Assembly (NCBI GenBank): GCA_038147155.1
Contig: JAYQTA010000002.1
Location: 259,595 to 323,594, forward strand
Source of the DNA: Candidatus Australimonas brisbanensis
Lineage (GTDB): Bacteria; Chloroflexota; Dehalococcoidia; Lucifugimonadales; Australimonadaceae
Length of the DNA stretch: 64,000 nucleotides
Direction of reading: 5' to 3'
Positions 1-8,565 of the stretch are shown here, piece by piece (positions within the stretch are counted from its first letter, which is position 1; each line of letters begins with the position of its first letter). The notes beneath the pieces are model-generated. The model was not told the origin of the DNA, searched no databases, and worked only from the letters and a program-made list of their open reading frames with translations. A program made the position numbers and the translations under genes.

Positions 1-266
1 ATGCCCACGCGGGAGGCCCGCTCCCGCCCGGGGCCCAGGCGCGCGGGGTCAACGCCACCCACCCGCACCGAGCCCGCGTCAGGGGCCAGCGCACCGGCAG
101 CCAGCAGCAGGGCAGTGGTCTTGCCCGCGCCGGAGGGGCCCACAAGCGCCACCGCCTCGCCGGGGGCCACTGTGATCGAAACGTTCCACAGCGCGGTGCG
201 CGCGCCGTATCGCTTCCCCACCCCGGCCAGCGTCAGGGCAGGGGGGCTAGCGGGTGATGAGGCCAA
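1..266 (-). CDS. phnC: Phosphonate-type ABC transporter ATP-binding protein, N-terminal part (continues beyond window start)
   Basis: Own minus-strand translation: (M)ASSPASPPALTLAGVGKRYGARTALWNVSITVAPGEAVALVGPSGAGKTTALLLAAGALAPDAGSVRVGGVDPARL..., with Walker A GPSGAGKT. Absent from the ORF track because there is no stop in the window. Candidate TTG start at 266-264 overlaps the phnD stop. Confidence 0.7.
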   Translation of the reverse strand, partial: MASSPASPPALTLAGVGKRYGARTALWNVSITVAPGEAVALVGPSGAGKTTALLLAAGALAPDAGSVRVGGVDPARLGPGRERASRVG

Positions 267-1131
267 GACGCTCTGCCACGGACTGGATCTGGGCGTAGTT
301 CTCGTTGGAGGTGGGGATGAACCCGTTCGTCCCGAATGCCTCGGCGATGGCGTGCGCCTCGAGACTCGAGTCGGCGATGAGCCCCAGCAGGGCGGTGCGC
401 ACCCGCTCGGCCGCCCCTGATCCCAGCCGCTCGTCCAGGTCCGGTCGCACCACCCAGTGGTAGTCGACGTAGGCGGGCGTGCGATACATCTCGGTCACGC
501 GGGACGTATCCACCTCACCCGCTCCCACCCTAGCGTCCCACACGGACTCGTTCAGCGCGCCCACCTGGTAGGCACCCGCCTCCACCAGCTTCCACGTGGC
601 ATCGTGGGAGCCGGAATAGTTGGGCGGCCCGTCCAGGTCATCCTCTGGGTCAACGCCAGCCTCCAGCAGGAAGGCGCGGGGCATCAGGTGGCCGGAGGTG
701 GAGCTCTCCGATCCGAAGGTGAGGGAGTGGCCCGCCACGTCAGCCAGAGCCGTGATGCCCAGGGCAGGATCGGCGACGAATACCGAGTGGAACGCAGCGT
801 CCTCCGGGCGCTGGGCGATGGCCTCGGCGCCCGGGGTGAGGAGGCGCGCCTGCACGCCGGTTAGTCCCCCGAACCAGGCGAGCTGGATGTCTCCGTTCCT
901 GAAGGCGGTGACCACGGCGGCGTAGTCCACCGAGGGCACGTAGCGCACCTCGTACCCGGTGCGCTCCGACAGGTAGCGCGCAAGCCCATCGAACCGCTCT
1001 TGGAGCAGGGCGAGGTCCTGGTCGGGGATGCCACCGATCACCAGGTCCAGCTCCTGCCCACCAGCGGAGCAGCCTGCCAGAGCAGCCAGGGCCAGCAGGG
1101 CGATGACCGATGAAAAGATGCGTGTGCGCAC
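247..1131 (-). CDS. phnD: Phosphonate ABC transporter substrate-binding lipoprotein (PhnD family)
   Basis: ORF 247..1356 trimmed to the GTG at 1131, which lies 7 nt after AGGAGG (1139-1144 rc). Lipobox LAALAGC. PhnD-like motifs: YVPSVDYAAVVTAFRNGDIQLAWFGG, TFGSESSTSGHLMPR. Confidence 0.85.
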   Translation of the reverse strand: MRTRIFSSVIALLALAALAGCSAGGQELDLVIGGIPDQDLALLQERFDGLARYLSERTGYEVRYVPSVDYAAVVTAFRNGDIQLAWFGGLTGVQARLLTPGAEAIAQRPEDAAFHSVFVADPALGITALADVAGHSLTFGSESSTSGHLMPRAFLLEAGVDPEDDLDGPPNYSGSHDATWKLVEAGAYQVGALNESVWDARVGAGEVDTSRVTEMYRTPAYVDYHWVVRPDLDERLGSGAAERVRTALLGLIADSSLEAHAIAEAFGTNGFIPTSNENYAQIQSVAERLGLITR

Positions 1132-1218
1132 GACGGAGCCTCCTGGATGCGCTTGCAGCATGCGGGGTGCGGCGCTAGCCTGCTGTCGGCCCTCCGACAC
1201 TGGGCCAGGAGTTAGGTG

Positions 1219-1917
1219 ATGCGCCCCAACACCCTCGCAGGAGCGACGACGAACGCCGAACGCATCGGCGCGCTGCTGGGCGTGGACGCTGCCGCCGCCG
1301 AGGCCGTCGCGACGTTGGGGCGCACCCGCGCCCTGGCGCCGGGGACTATCGCACACACGCCGGGAGCGCGGGCCGAGGGGCTATCCGTGCTCCTCAAGGG
1401 ATCGGTGCGCCTCTACCGACTGGACGCGACGGGTGCGGAGACGGTGCTGGGAGAGTTGGCACCGGGCGATGTGTTCGGCGAGGCGCACGCCGGAGTGCAC
1501 GCTTCCTTCGCCGAGGCCGCCACTCCCTCCCTGGTGTGTGCGCTCGATGCGCCTGCGCTGGAGCGGTTGACCGAGGCGCACCCGCGCGCCGCGCTGCGCT
1601 TGATGGCGGCCCTCGCTGAACGCATCGCGGGCCTCGCCGACCAGCTGGAGCGTGCCGCCCGCTGGGGCGTGCGTGAGCGACTCATCGCCCTGCTGGTGCG
1701 CCATGCGGGCCCGGATGGGCAGGTGCGCGGACTCACCCACGAGCAGATGGCCTCCGCCGTCTGGGCCACGCGCCAGACGGTGACCCAGGAGTTGAGCGCA
1801 TTGACCGCCGAGGGCCTGGTGAGTGTGGGACGCCGGCGAGTCCTGCTGCGCGATCCCATCACGCTGCGTGCGTTGGTGACCGATGGCGCGCCGCCCCGGC
1901 GGGCACGGCGACGTTGA
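1219..1917 (+). CDS. Crp/Fnr family transcriptional regulator
   Basis: ORF 1216..1917. ATG 1219 lies 7 nt after AGGAG. cNMP-binding-like N-terminus (LLKGSVRLYRLDATGAETVLGELAPGDVFGE) and C-terminal HTH (THEQMASAVWATRQTVTQELSALTAEGLV). Confidence 0.85.
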   Translation: MRPNTLAGATTNAERIGALLGVDAAAAEAVATLGRTRALAPGTIAHTPGARAEGLSVLLKGSVRLYRLDATGAETVLGELAPGDVFGEAHAGVHASFAEAATPSLVCALDAPALERLTEAHPRAALRLMAALAERIAGLADQLERAARWGVRERLIALLVRHAGPDGQVRGLTHEQMASAVWATRQTVTQELSALTAEGLVSVGRRRVLLRDPITLRALVTDGAPPRRARRR

Positions 1918-2194
1918 GGGGCCCACGGGCGCTAGGCTAGCGCCCCCAGAACGGCCCGCAAGGCCGCACCCGCGGAGGCTGTCCCCGTGCACCTGGGCCG
2001 CTACGTCGAGCCACTGGACCTGCGTTCGCTCATCGGGCACCTCGCCAGGTGCTCCGGGCACTTGCGCTGGTGCCTTCGGCGACCGGGGCCGTGGGCCTCG
2101 CCGCCCGCGCGCCGGTGAGCGCGGGTTGGTTCGCGGCACTGGCCGCGGATTCGATGGCCGTGGGCTGGTCGCTCTCGCGCCTCCGAGGCTCCAG

Positions 2195-2443
2195 ATGGCG
2201 CTCGAGAACGTGGAGCGGCTTGCGGGAGCCAGCCAGGTGCGTATCCGGCGCGAGGCGACCAGGTCTGATGAACTGACGCTGCTGGTCCAGGACAACGGAA
2301 GCGGCTTCGACCCCGCCTCGACGCCATGGCACCGGGAGCTCATGAGCATCGCCGCATGCGTCGGGATGCGTGGGGGGACATGGACCCTGCGCTCCCCCCT
2401 CGGCTCCGGTACCACCCTCACGGCGAGCGTTCCCGCCCACTAG
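2195..2443 (+). pseudogene. Orphan C-terminal HATPase_c fragment of a HisKA_3-type sensor histidine kinase (remnant)
   Basis: The tail of ORF 1883..2443 reads QMALENVERLAGASQVRIRREATRSDELTLLVQDNGSGFDP...GMRGGTWTLRSPLGSGTTLTASVP (N-box and G-boxes). No H-box or sensor domain lies upstream in the same frame. LDLRSLIGHLA is visible in another frame near 2010. Confidence 0.45.
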
Positions 2444-2464
2444 CAGCCGCACGCCTCTGGCGGG

Positions 2465-2492
2465 TTGAACCAACGCGCAAGGGCCCTACAAT
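2465..2492 (+). promoter_or_regulatory. Sigma-70/SigA-like promoter for a leaderless ABC-2 exporter mRNA
   Basis: TTGAAC (2465-2470), 16-nt spacer, TACAAT (2487-2492), then 6 nt (gcgcgc) to ATG 2499. There is no SD. Confidence 0.5.
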
Positions 2493-2498
2493 GCGCGC

Positions 2499-3407
2499 AT
2501 GCCCAGCGTCATCAGTGTCGACCGCCTCATCAAGCGCTACAACCATCTGACGGCGGTGGATGGCGTCTCCTTCACCGTGGAACGCGGCGAGGTGTTCGGC
2601 ATCCTCGGCCCCAACGGCGCGGGAAAGACCACCACGCTCGAGTGCATCGAGGGGCTGCAGCCTCCCACCAGTGGCGTCATCACCGTGTTGGGCATGGACG
2701 TGGCGCGTGATCCTCGGGGGGTCAAGGCCCGCATCGGGGTGCAGCTGCAGGCCTCCAGCTACTTCGACTACCTGACCCTCACCGAGATCCTCGAACTGTT
2801 CGGCGCCTTCTACCCCCAACGAGCCAAGCCCCTGGACCTGCTGGCGCGGATGGGTCTGGAGTCCAAGGCTGGCGCGCGGGTGAACCAGCTCTCCGGCGGG
2901 CAGAAGCAACGCTTCTCCGTGGCCGCCACCCTGGTAAGCGACCCTGAGATCGTGTTCCTCGACGAACCGACCACGGGCCTCGACCCGCAGGCACGGCGCA
3001 ACCTGTGGGAGGTGGTGCAGGGCATCCACGCCGAGGGCCGGACCGTGGTGCTCACCACCCACTACATGGAGGAGGCGCAGCTCCTGTGTGACCGTGTCGC
3101 CATCATGGACCAAGGCAAGTTGATCGCATTGGACACCCCCACCAGGCTTGCGGAGGCGCTCCCTGCTCCCTACACCGTGCGGGCCGCGACGCCAACGCCG
3201 CTGGACCCGGACTCGCTTCTGGGCCTGGACGCGGTGCTGGACGCCGAGACCGCCAATGGCACGCTGACCCTCCAATCCTCCGACGCCACCCGCACCGTGC
3301 CCGCCCTCATCGCCCTGGCGGGTGCGGGCCTGGGCCAGCTGGAGGTGCAGATGGCGACGCTGGAAGACGTGTTCCTGGCCATGACGGGCCGCAACCTGCG
3401 CGACTGA
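2499..3407 (+). CDS. ABC-2 type transporter ATP-binding protein (DrrA/CcmA-like)
   Basis: GPNGAGKTTT Walker A, LSGGQKQR signature, IVFLDEPTTGLD Walker B. Confidence 0.9.
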   Translation: MPSVISVDRLIKRYNHLTAVDGVSFTVERGEVFGILGPNGAGKTTTLECIEGLQPPTSGVITVLGMDVARDPRGVKARIGVQLQASSYFDYLTLTEILELFGAFYPQRAKPLDLLARMGLESKAGARVNQLSGGQKQRFSVAATLVSDPEIVFLDEPTTGLDPQARRNLWEVVQGIHAEGRTVVLTTHYMEEAQLLCDRVAIMDQGKLIALDTPTRLAEALPAPYTVRAATPTPLDPDSLLGLDAVLDAETANGTLTLQSSDATRTVPALIALAGAGLGQLEVQMATLEDVFLAMTGRNLRD

Positions 3408-3414
3408 GGCGGCG

Positions 3415-4494
3415 ATGCCCTTCGTTGAACTGTTCAAGGCCAACATCCGCACACTGCTGCGCAACCGGCAGGCGCTGTTCTGGTCGATGGCGTTCCCGCT
3501 CATCTTCGTGTTCGTCTTCGGCCTCTTCTTCGGCGGTGACGCGCAGCGCGCCACGCTCCTGGTGGTGGACAGGGCGGACGATGCGCTCTCCCACCAACTC
3601 GTCGCGCAACTGGAGGCGCTGGACTCGTTCACCGTTCAGCCGAGCACCGACGAGGCCGCCGCCCGCCAGGCGGTGCGGGATGGCGATGCGAGCTACCTGC
3701 TGGTGCTGCCGATGGGCATGGCGTCAACCACCGGGGCGGGTGGCACGGCGAGCGCTCTGCTGGTGTACGACCAGGGCAACGCCTCGGCCCCCGTCGTCAT
3801 CGGCGCGGTGGGACGGATGCTGGACGCCTTCAACCTGGAAGCCTCCGGCGCACCCCGGCTGCTGGCCCTGGAACCCGAGGGCGTGCAGGGCCAGGAACTG
3901 ACCTACTTCGATTTCCTGCTGCCCGGGTTCGTGTCCATGGGCATCATGACCTACTCCATCATCGGTATCGCCTCGGTCATCGCCCTCTACCGGGAGCAGA
4001 AGGTGCTCAAGCGCCTGCTGGCCTCGCCGCTGCGGGTGCGCCACTTCTTCGCTTCCATCGTGGTAGCCCACCTGCTGCTCTCCATGGTGCAGGCGGTGGT
4101 GATCGCGGGGGTCGGCATGGCGCTGTTCGGCGCGATGGTACGCGGGAACCTGGGCATGCTCTTCCTGGTGGTGGTGCTGGGGAACACGGTGTTCCTCTCC
4201 ATCGGGTTCATCATCGGGGCGCTCTCACGCACGGTGCAGGCGGCCAGTGGCCTGGGCAACGCCGTGGCGATGCCCATGATGTTCCTGTCCGGCACGTTCT
4301 TCCCCCGCGACTCACTGCCCGCCGTGCTCAAGGCGGTGGTGGACCTGCTGCCTCTCTCGGCCATGGTGGACCTGCTGCGGGGTATGGCGCTGGACGCGCG
4401 CCCGCTGTGGGACTTCCCTGGGGCGCTGGCGTTGCTGCTGGCGTGGGCGGTGGGCACGGCGCTGGTGGCCGTGCGCGTCTTCCGCTTCTCCTAG
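3415..4494 (+). CDS. ABC-2 type transporter permease
   Basis: 359 aa. One N-terminal TM, a large loop and then 5 TM segments. Lies 8 nt after the ATPase gene. Confidence 0.85.
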   Translation: MPFVELFKANIRTLLRNRQALFWSMAFPLIFVFVFGLFFGGDAQRATLLVVDRADDALSHQLVAQLEALDSFTVQPSTDEAAARQAVRDGDASYLLVLPMGMASTTGAGGTASALLVYDQGNASAPVVIGAVGRMLDAFNLEASGAPRLLALEPEGVQGQELTYFDFLLPGFVSMGIMTYSIIGIASVIALYREQKVLKRLLASPLRVRHFFASIVVAHLLLSMVQAVVIAGVGMALFGAMVRGNLGMLFLVVVLGNTVFLSIGFIIGALSRTVQAASGLGNAVAMPMMFLSGTFFPRDSLPAVLKAVVDLLPLSAMVDLLRGMALDARPLWDFPGALALLLAWAVGTALVAVRVFRFS

Positions 4495-5036
4495 CGCCGC
4501 AGCAGCAGTGCGCGCACCCCCGGAAGGGCGGCGCGGCCCACGCCGATGTCGCGCCGGTTGAAGAGCCACACCGCCCAGACCAGGGCGGCCAGCCCGATGC
4601 CCATTCTCTGCTTGTTGCCGTGGGAGAGCTCGCGGACCGGTGTGTCCAGCGCGACTCCGAGGTGCTCGCACAGCGAACGGGTTTAGGTCTGGTCGTCCGC
4701 TCCGTCTCCCACGCTGGAGCGCAGCGCCATGAGCGAGCGAGCGTTCATACCGGGGTAGAGGCTCAGGTCACCGGGCAGGTAGCCCACACGGGCCCGCACC
4801 GCCAGCGAGTCGCGTTGGGGATCCAGGCCCAGGACGGCCGCATCGCCCGCATCGGGGCGCAGCAGGTCCAGCAGGATGCGGATCGTGGTGGTCTTTCCCG
4901 CCCCGTTGTGGCCCGGGAACCCGAACACCTCGCCGGTCTCCGTCCGCAGATCCAGCCCATCCAGCGCACGCACCGCCCCGCCATAGGACTTCACCAGGCC
5001 CCGCGCCTCGATGGCCGGTGCGGTGTCCGTGGCCAC
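4491..5036 (-). pseudogene. ABC transporter ATPase relic: in-frame TAA and missing Walker B/C-terminal half
   Basis: One frame of 182 codons: MATDTAPAIEARGLVKSYGG...GHNGAGKTTT...DGADDQT-TAA(4685-4683)-TRSLCEHLGVALDTPVRELSHGNKQRMGIGLAAL...LLLRR-TAG. Walker A and the signature are present. No LLxLDEP motif and no H-loop. Confidence 0.7.
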
Positions 5037-5037
5037 C

Positions 5038-5898
5038 TCAGTCCACTCCGGCCGTGGTGATGAGCCGCTCCACGGCCAGTTCCGGCTTGCCGGTGGCCCT
5101 GGCCGATGCGGCGAGCACAGGGCCGAACTCCACCGGGCTGAGGCGCGCCACGAAGCGCCCGTTGAGGGAGCGGCAGGCGCGCTGTCCGCGCTCGGGGCTC
5201 ACCTTCCATCGCTCCTGAATGAAGGCCACCGCCTCGGGGCGTGCCTCGTCGATCCAGGCCGCGACCTCCCGGTGCGCCGCCACCAGGGCGCGCAGAGCAG
5301 GGAGGCGTTGGGCAACAAACGCCTCGGTGACCACCAGCCCGTGCACCAGCGTGTCCGGGTAGCGCTCGCACAGGTCCAGCAGGGTGTGGAAGCCGCGCGC
5401 CTCCAGCACCTCATGCTCCAGGGTGCGGGCGATGGCGGCGTCCTCGCGGGGTGAGGGCCCGTCCTCCGTCCAGCCGGGGTGCGCGCGCTCGTAGGTGAGC
5501 GTCACGTCCCTGTCCGGGTCAAGCCCACCCTCGGTGAGCCAACGGCGCACCATCAGATCGGGCTCGGAGCCGGGCTGGGCCGCCTGCACCAACCTGCCGC
5601 GCAGGTCTGCCTGCGCGGCGATGCCCTCACGCGCCATGAGCCAGTGGGGGGCGTTCCGGTGGACCATCAGCGCGACCTTGAGCGGGGCGTCCTCGGTCAT
5701 GATGGCGCGTGCCGCCGCGCCGATGGAGACGACCACGTCCAGCTTCCCGGCGGCCAGGGCGTCGGTACTCTCCTTGCCTGCCAGCGTATCGAAGGAGACC
5801 TGCAGGCCATGGGCGGCGTAGATGCCGGCCTCTTGCGCCAGCTGGAAGTCGAGCATGTTGATGGTGCGGTTGATGATGCCGATGCGCAGCGCTTCCAT
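5038..5898 (-). CDS. NMT1/THI5-like (NitT/TauT-type) substrate-binding-fold protein, no signal peptide
   Basis: ORF 5038..5898: LRIGIINRTINMLDFQLAQEAGIYAAHGLQVSFDTLAGKESTDALAAGKLDVVVS. Confidence 0.7.
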   Translation of the reverse strand: MEALRIGIINRTINMLDFQLAQEAGIYAAHGLQVSFDTLAGKESTDALAAGKLDVVVSIGAAARAIMTEDAPLKVALMVHRNAPHWLMAREGIAAQADLRGRLVQAAQPGSEPDLMVRRWLTEGGLDPDRDVTLTYERAHPGWTEDGPSPREDAAIARTLEHEVLEARGFHTLLDLCERYPDTLVHGLVVTEAFVAQRLPALRALVAAHREVAAWIDEARPEAVAFIQERWKVSPERGQRACRSLNGRFVARLSPVEFGPVLAASARATGKPELAVERLITTAGVD

Positions 5899-5926
5899 CG
5901 GGCCTCCGTGAGGTGGGGAGTGGGGG

Positions 5927-6610
5927 CTAGGTCTTGCGGACGCCCTCGGCGGCGAACTGGGCCATGCGGGCCTGGGCGGCCCCGCGCTTGTTCGCGGGGA
6001 TCTCCTTCGCCCCGCCCAGCAGGTCCGCGTTCATGATGATCTCGGCCGATTCCTCGATGACCATGTTGGCCTGGATCGCCTCGGCGATGACCTCCCCGAA
6101 GGTGAGCACGCCGTGGTTCTCCAGCAGCAGTCCACGCCCGGTGCCGGGTGCGTCGAGCACCTTGGAGATGTTCTCCACCGACTCCTGCGAGCCGCGTGGG
6201 CCGTAGCCCGCCACCGGCACGCCGTCGTTGAAGCCGAAGCGCACCAGCGGTTCATAGGACACCGGCACCGCGCGGGAGGCGACGGCGAAGGCCGTGGCGA
6301 AGGGGGAGTGGGTGTGCAGCACCGCCCCTGACCCAGGGCGCTTGCGGTAGACGATGGCGTGCATGCCCACTATCTCGGCGCTCACCGGCGCGACCGAACC
6401 GCCCAGCAGCTTCCCGTCCATGTCGAAGTGGGCGATGCCCTCGGCGGTGATCTCCCGCAGGTTGCTCACGGCGGTCAGCAGGAAGGTCTGCGTGCCCGGC
6501 ACTAGGAGGGAGATGTTGCCGTGGAAGGACTTGGTGAGGATGCCGGAGTCGGCGACCCGGTTGGCCGCCGCCACCATCTGCTGCTTGAGGGCGTCGTGGT
6601 CGCTGGGCAT
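5927..6610 (-). CDS. Class II aldolase/adducin family protein
   Basis: ORF 5927..6649 trimmed to the ATG at 6610 (GGAGG, 7 nt). Motifs: GNISLLVP, VLHTHSPFATAFA, LLLENHGVLTFG. Confidence 0.85.
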   Translation of the reverse strand: MPSDHDALKQQMVAAANRVADSGILTKSFHGNISLLVPGTQTFLLTAVSNLREITAEGIAHFDMDGKLLGGSVAPVSAEIVGMHAIVYRKRPGSGAVLHTHSPFATAFAVASRAVPVSYEPLVRFGFNDGVPVAGYGPRGSQESVENISKVLDAPGTGRGLLLENHGVLTFGEVIAEAIQANMVIEESAEIIMNADLLGGAKEIPANKRGAAQARMAQFAAEGVRKT

Positions 6611-6673
6611 CGCCTCGCCTCCTGCCGTACCCGGGGTTGCTGGCGCCATGCTACAGCCACCGTCGGTGCGAGA

Positions 6674-7246
6674 CTACCCGTGGCCCAGGAGGCGCTCCAT
6701 GAACAGCGTGCGCTGCTCCACCTGCGCGTACGGCCCCTCCGGCCGGTAGGGCGATGCTTCCGGCTCCACGTGCAACACGAGCAGGGCGGGGCCCTGTGCC
6801 GCCAGCAGTTGCGGCACCAGGCGGGCGGCCTCGTCAAGCGTGCGGGCCTCGCCCGTCCAGCCGATGCCCGCGCCCGCAGCCAGCGCGGCGAAGTCAACGC
6901 CATCCCCGCCCGGCAGCGGCGCGCCGCCACCGGTCTCGTAGCGCCCGTTGCGCCAGACCACCAGACGCAGGTTCGCAGGCGCCGCGCCCGCGATGGTGAG
7001 CAGCACGCCCAGGTTCATGGCCCACTCACCATCACCCGCGATGAGCAGTACGATCCGCTCCGGCTGGGCCAGCGCCAGTCCCAGCGCCAGGGAGGGCGAG
7101 ATGCCCATGGGGTCGGAGGCGGCGTAGGAGAGGTGTGGCGGGTCGGATTCGCGCCACGCGCGCCCCGCAGTGCCCAGGGAGGTGATGACCAGCGCGTCCG
7201 GCGCCAGCGCATCGCGCAGCAACCCAGCCGCCTCGGAGCGTCTCAT
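6674..7246 (-). CDS. TPP-dependent decarboxylase, beta subunit (sulfopyruvate/phosphonopyruvate decarboxylase family)
   Basis: Starts MRRSEAAGLLRDAL... inside ORF 6674..7552. TPP-binding motif LLIAGDGEWAMNLGVL. ATGA overlap with the alpha subunit stop. Confidence 0.8.
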   Translation of the reverse strand: MRRSEAAGLLRDALAPDALVITSLGTAGRAWRESDPPHLSYAASDPMGISPSLALGLALAQPERIVLLIAGDGEWAMNLGVLLTIAGAAPANLRLVVWRNGRYETGGGAPLPGGDGVDFAALAAGAGIGWTGEARTLDEAARLVPQLLAAQGPALLVLHVEPEASPYRPEGPYAQVEQRTLFMERLLGHG

Positions 7247-7758
7247 CGCCCCGCCTCCGGCGCATCGCGCAGCGCATCCCGGTGCGCCAGCAGCACCACG
7301 GGCCTTCGTGAGAGCCACCCCTGGCGCGCCGCGTCGGGGATTATGGACAGATCGTCCGGGGTGCGCAGTGTGTGGTGGGGCAGCCCCAGCGCGTCTAGCA
7401 CCGGCGTGATGACCCGGTGCTTGTACGTCTGGTAGTAGTAGCCGTCGTCGTGCCCGCCACGCAGCGCGGCCAGCACCAGGAAGGGCGTCTGGTGGTGCAG
7501 GGCGTACCCCGCCAGTGCGTTGGCCGAGAGGAGCAGCCCCGCGCTCTGGCACACCAGTACCGCACCCTGTCCGCCCAGGTACGCGCCCGCGCAGATGCCC
7601 ACGCCATCGTCCTCGCGGGTCACGCGCACCAGCCGTATGGCGGGTTCAGCGTCCAGCGCTCCGATCACCCCGCCCAGCCACTGGTCGGGCAGGGTGGCGG
7701 CGATGGTGATGTCCGCCTCACGCAGGAGGGCGGCTGTGCGTTGGGCAGCGGCGTCCAT
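7243..7758 (-). CDS. TPP-dependent decarboxylase, alpha subunit (sulfopyruvate/phosphonopyruvate decarboxylase family)
   Basis: ORF 7243..7758: ITIAATLPDQWLGGVIGALDAEPAIRLVRVTREDDGVGICAGAYLGG. Confidence 0.8.
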   Translation of the reverse strand: MDAAAQRTAALLREADITIAATLPDQWLGGVIGALDAEPAIRLVRVTREDDGVGICAGAYLGGQGAVLVCQSAGLLLSANALAGYALHHQTPFLVLAALRGGHDDGYYYQTYKHRVITPVLDALGLPHHTLRTPDDLSIIPDAARQGWLSRRPVVLLAHRDALRDAPEAGR

Positions 7759-8041
7759 GGCGCGGCACGGTACGGTGCGCCATGGGGCGTGTCAACGAGA
7801 GGGGGTGCGGGAGTGGGCGCGAGGGGTGGCCGCCACCCTGACCGCTGGCGGCCACCCGCTCGGGGGTAGAAGTCCTCGCGCCGTTTTTCAGTATGGCGTG
7901 TATCGCTGAAGAACGCAACCAGCATATTTCTCTGGCCTTCTGGCATGCCAGCGCCACGCGCCCCGGCGCGCCTGGCGATGTCGCCACGAAGGGGGTAGGC
8001 TAGGGCAGCGCTCCCCCTGGCGGGGGCGAAAGAATACACAG

Positions 8042-8057
8042 ACGCGCATCTGCGCGT
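8042..8057 (+). promoter_or_regulatory. Perfect 7-2-7 inverted repeat ACGCGCA-tc-TGCGCGT in the osmC leader (operator or 5' UTR hairpin)
   Basis: Read directly from the sequence. Lies 10 nt upstream of the GGGAGG SD of osmC. Confidence 0.35.
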
Positions 8058-8075
8058 TCCCACGGGAGGCTCCCC

Positions 8076-8519
8076 ATGCCCGCTGTCATCCGCGAAGCCC
8101 GCACGGTCTGGACCGGCGACCTGGCCAAGGGCTCTGGCTCGCTGTCCGCCGTCTCGTCCAAGGCCTTCTCTGACCTTGCCGTCACCTGGGCGGCCCGCAC
8201 CGAGGCCCCGCAGGGCAAGACCAGCCCTGAGGAGCTGATCGCCTCTGCCCATGCGTCCTGTTTCTCCATGGCCCTGTCCGCCGGCCTGGGCCGGGCGGGC
8301 ACGCCGCCCACCAAGCTGGAGGTGAGCGCCGCCGTCACCTTCGACAAGACCGATGCGGGGTTCCGCGTCATCTCATCGGCTCTGACGGTCAAGGGCACCG
8401 TACCCGGCATCAGCGCCGAGGACTTCGCCAAGGCCGCCGAGGGCGCCAAGGAGGGCTGCCCCATCTCCCAGGCGCTCAAGGGCAACGTCGCCCTGAGCGT
8501 CACGGCCTCGCTGGCCTAG
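8076..8519 (+). CDS. osmC: OsmC family peroxiredoxin
   Basis: SPEELIASAHASCFSMAL and EGCPISQALKG, the two conserved Cys motifs. Confidence 0.9.
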   Translation: MPAVIREARTVWTGDLAKGSGSLSAVSSKAFSDLAVTWAARTEAPQGKTSPEELIASAHASCFSMALSAGLGRAGTPPTKLEVSAAVTFDKTDAGFRVISSALTVKGTVPGISAEDFAKAAEGAKEGCPISQALKGNVALSVTASLA

Positions 8520-8526
8520 CGCGTGT

Positions 8527-8554
8527 GAGGAGGCCCGCTGGCGCGGGCCTCCTC
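8527..8554. terminator. 12-bp perfect GC hairpin between convergent osmC and bcp (no U tract on either strand)
   Basis: GAGGAGGCCCGC-tggc-GCGGGCCTCCTC. Confidence 0.45.
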
Positions 8555-8565
8555 GATACGGCTTG

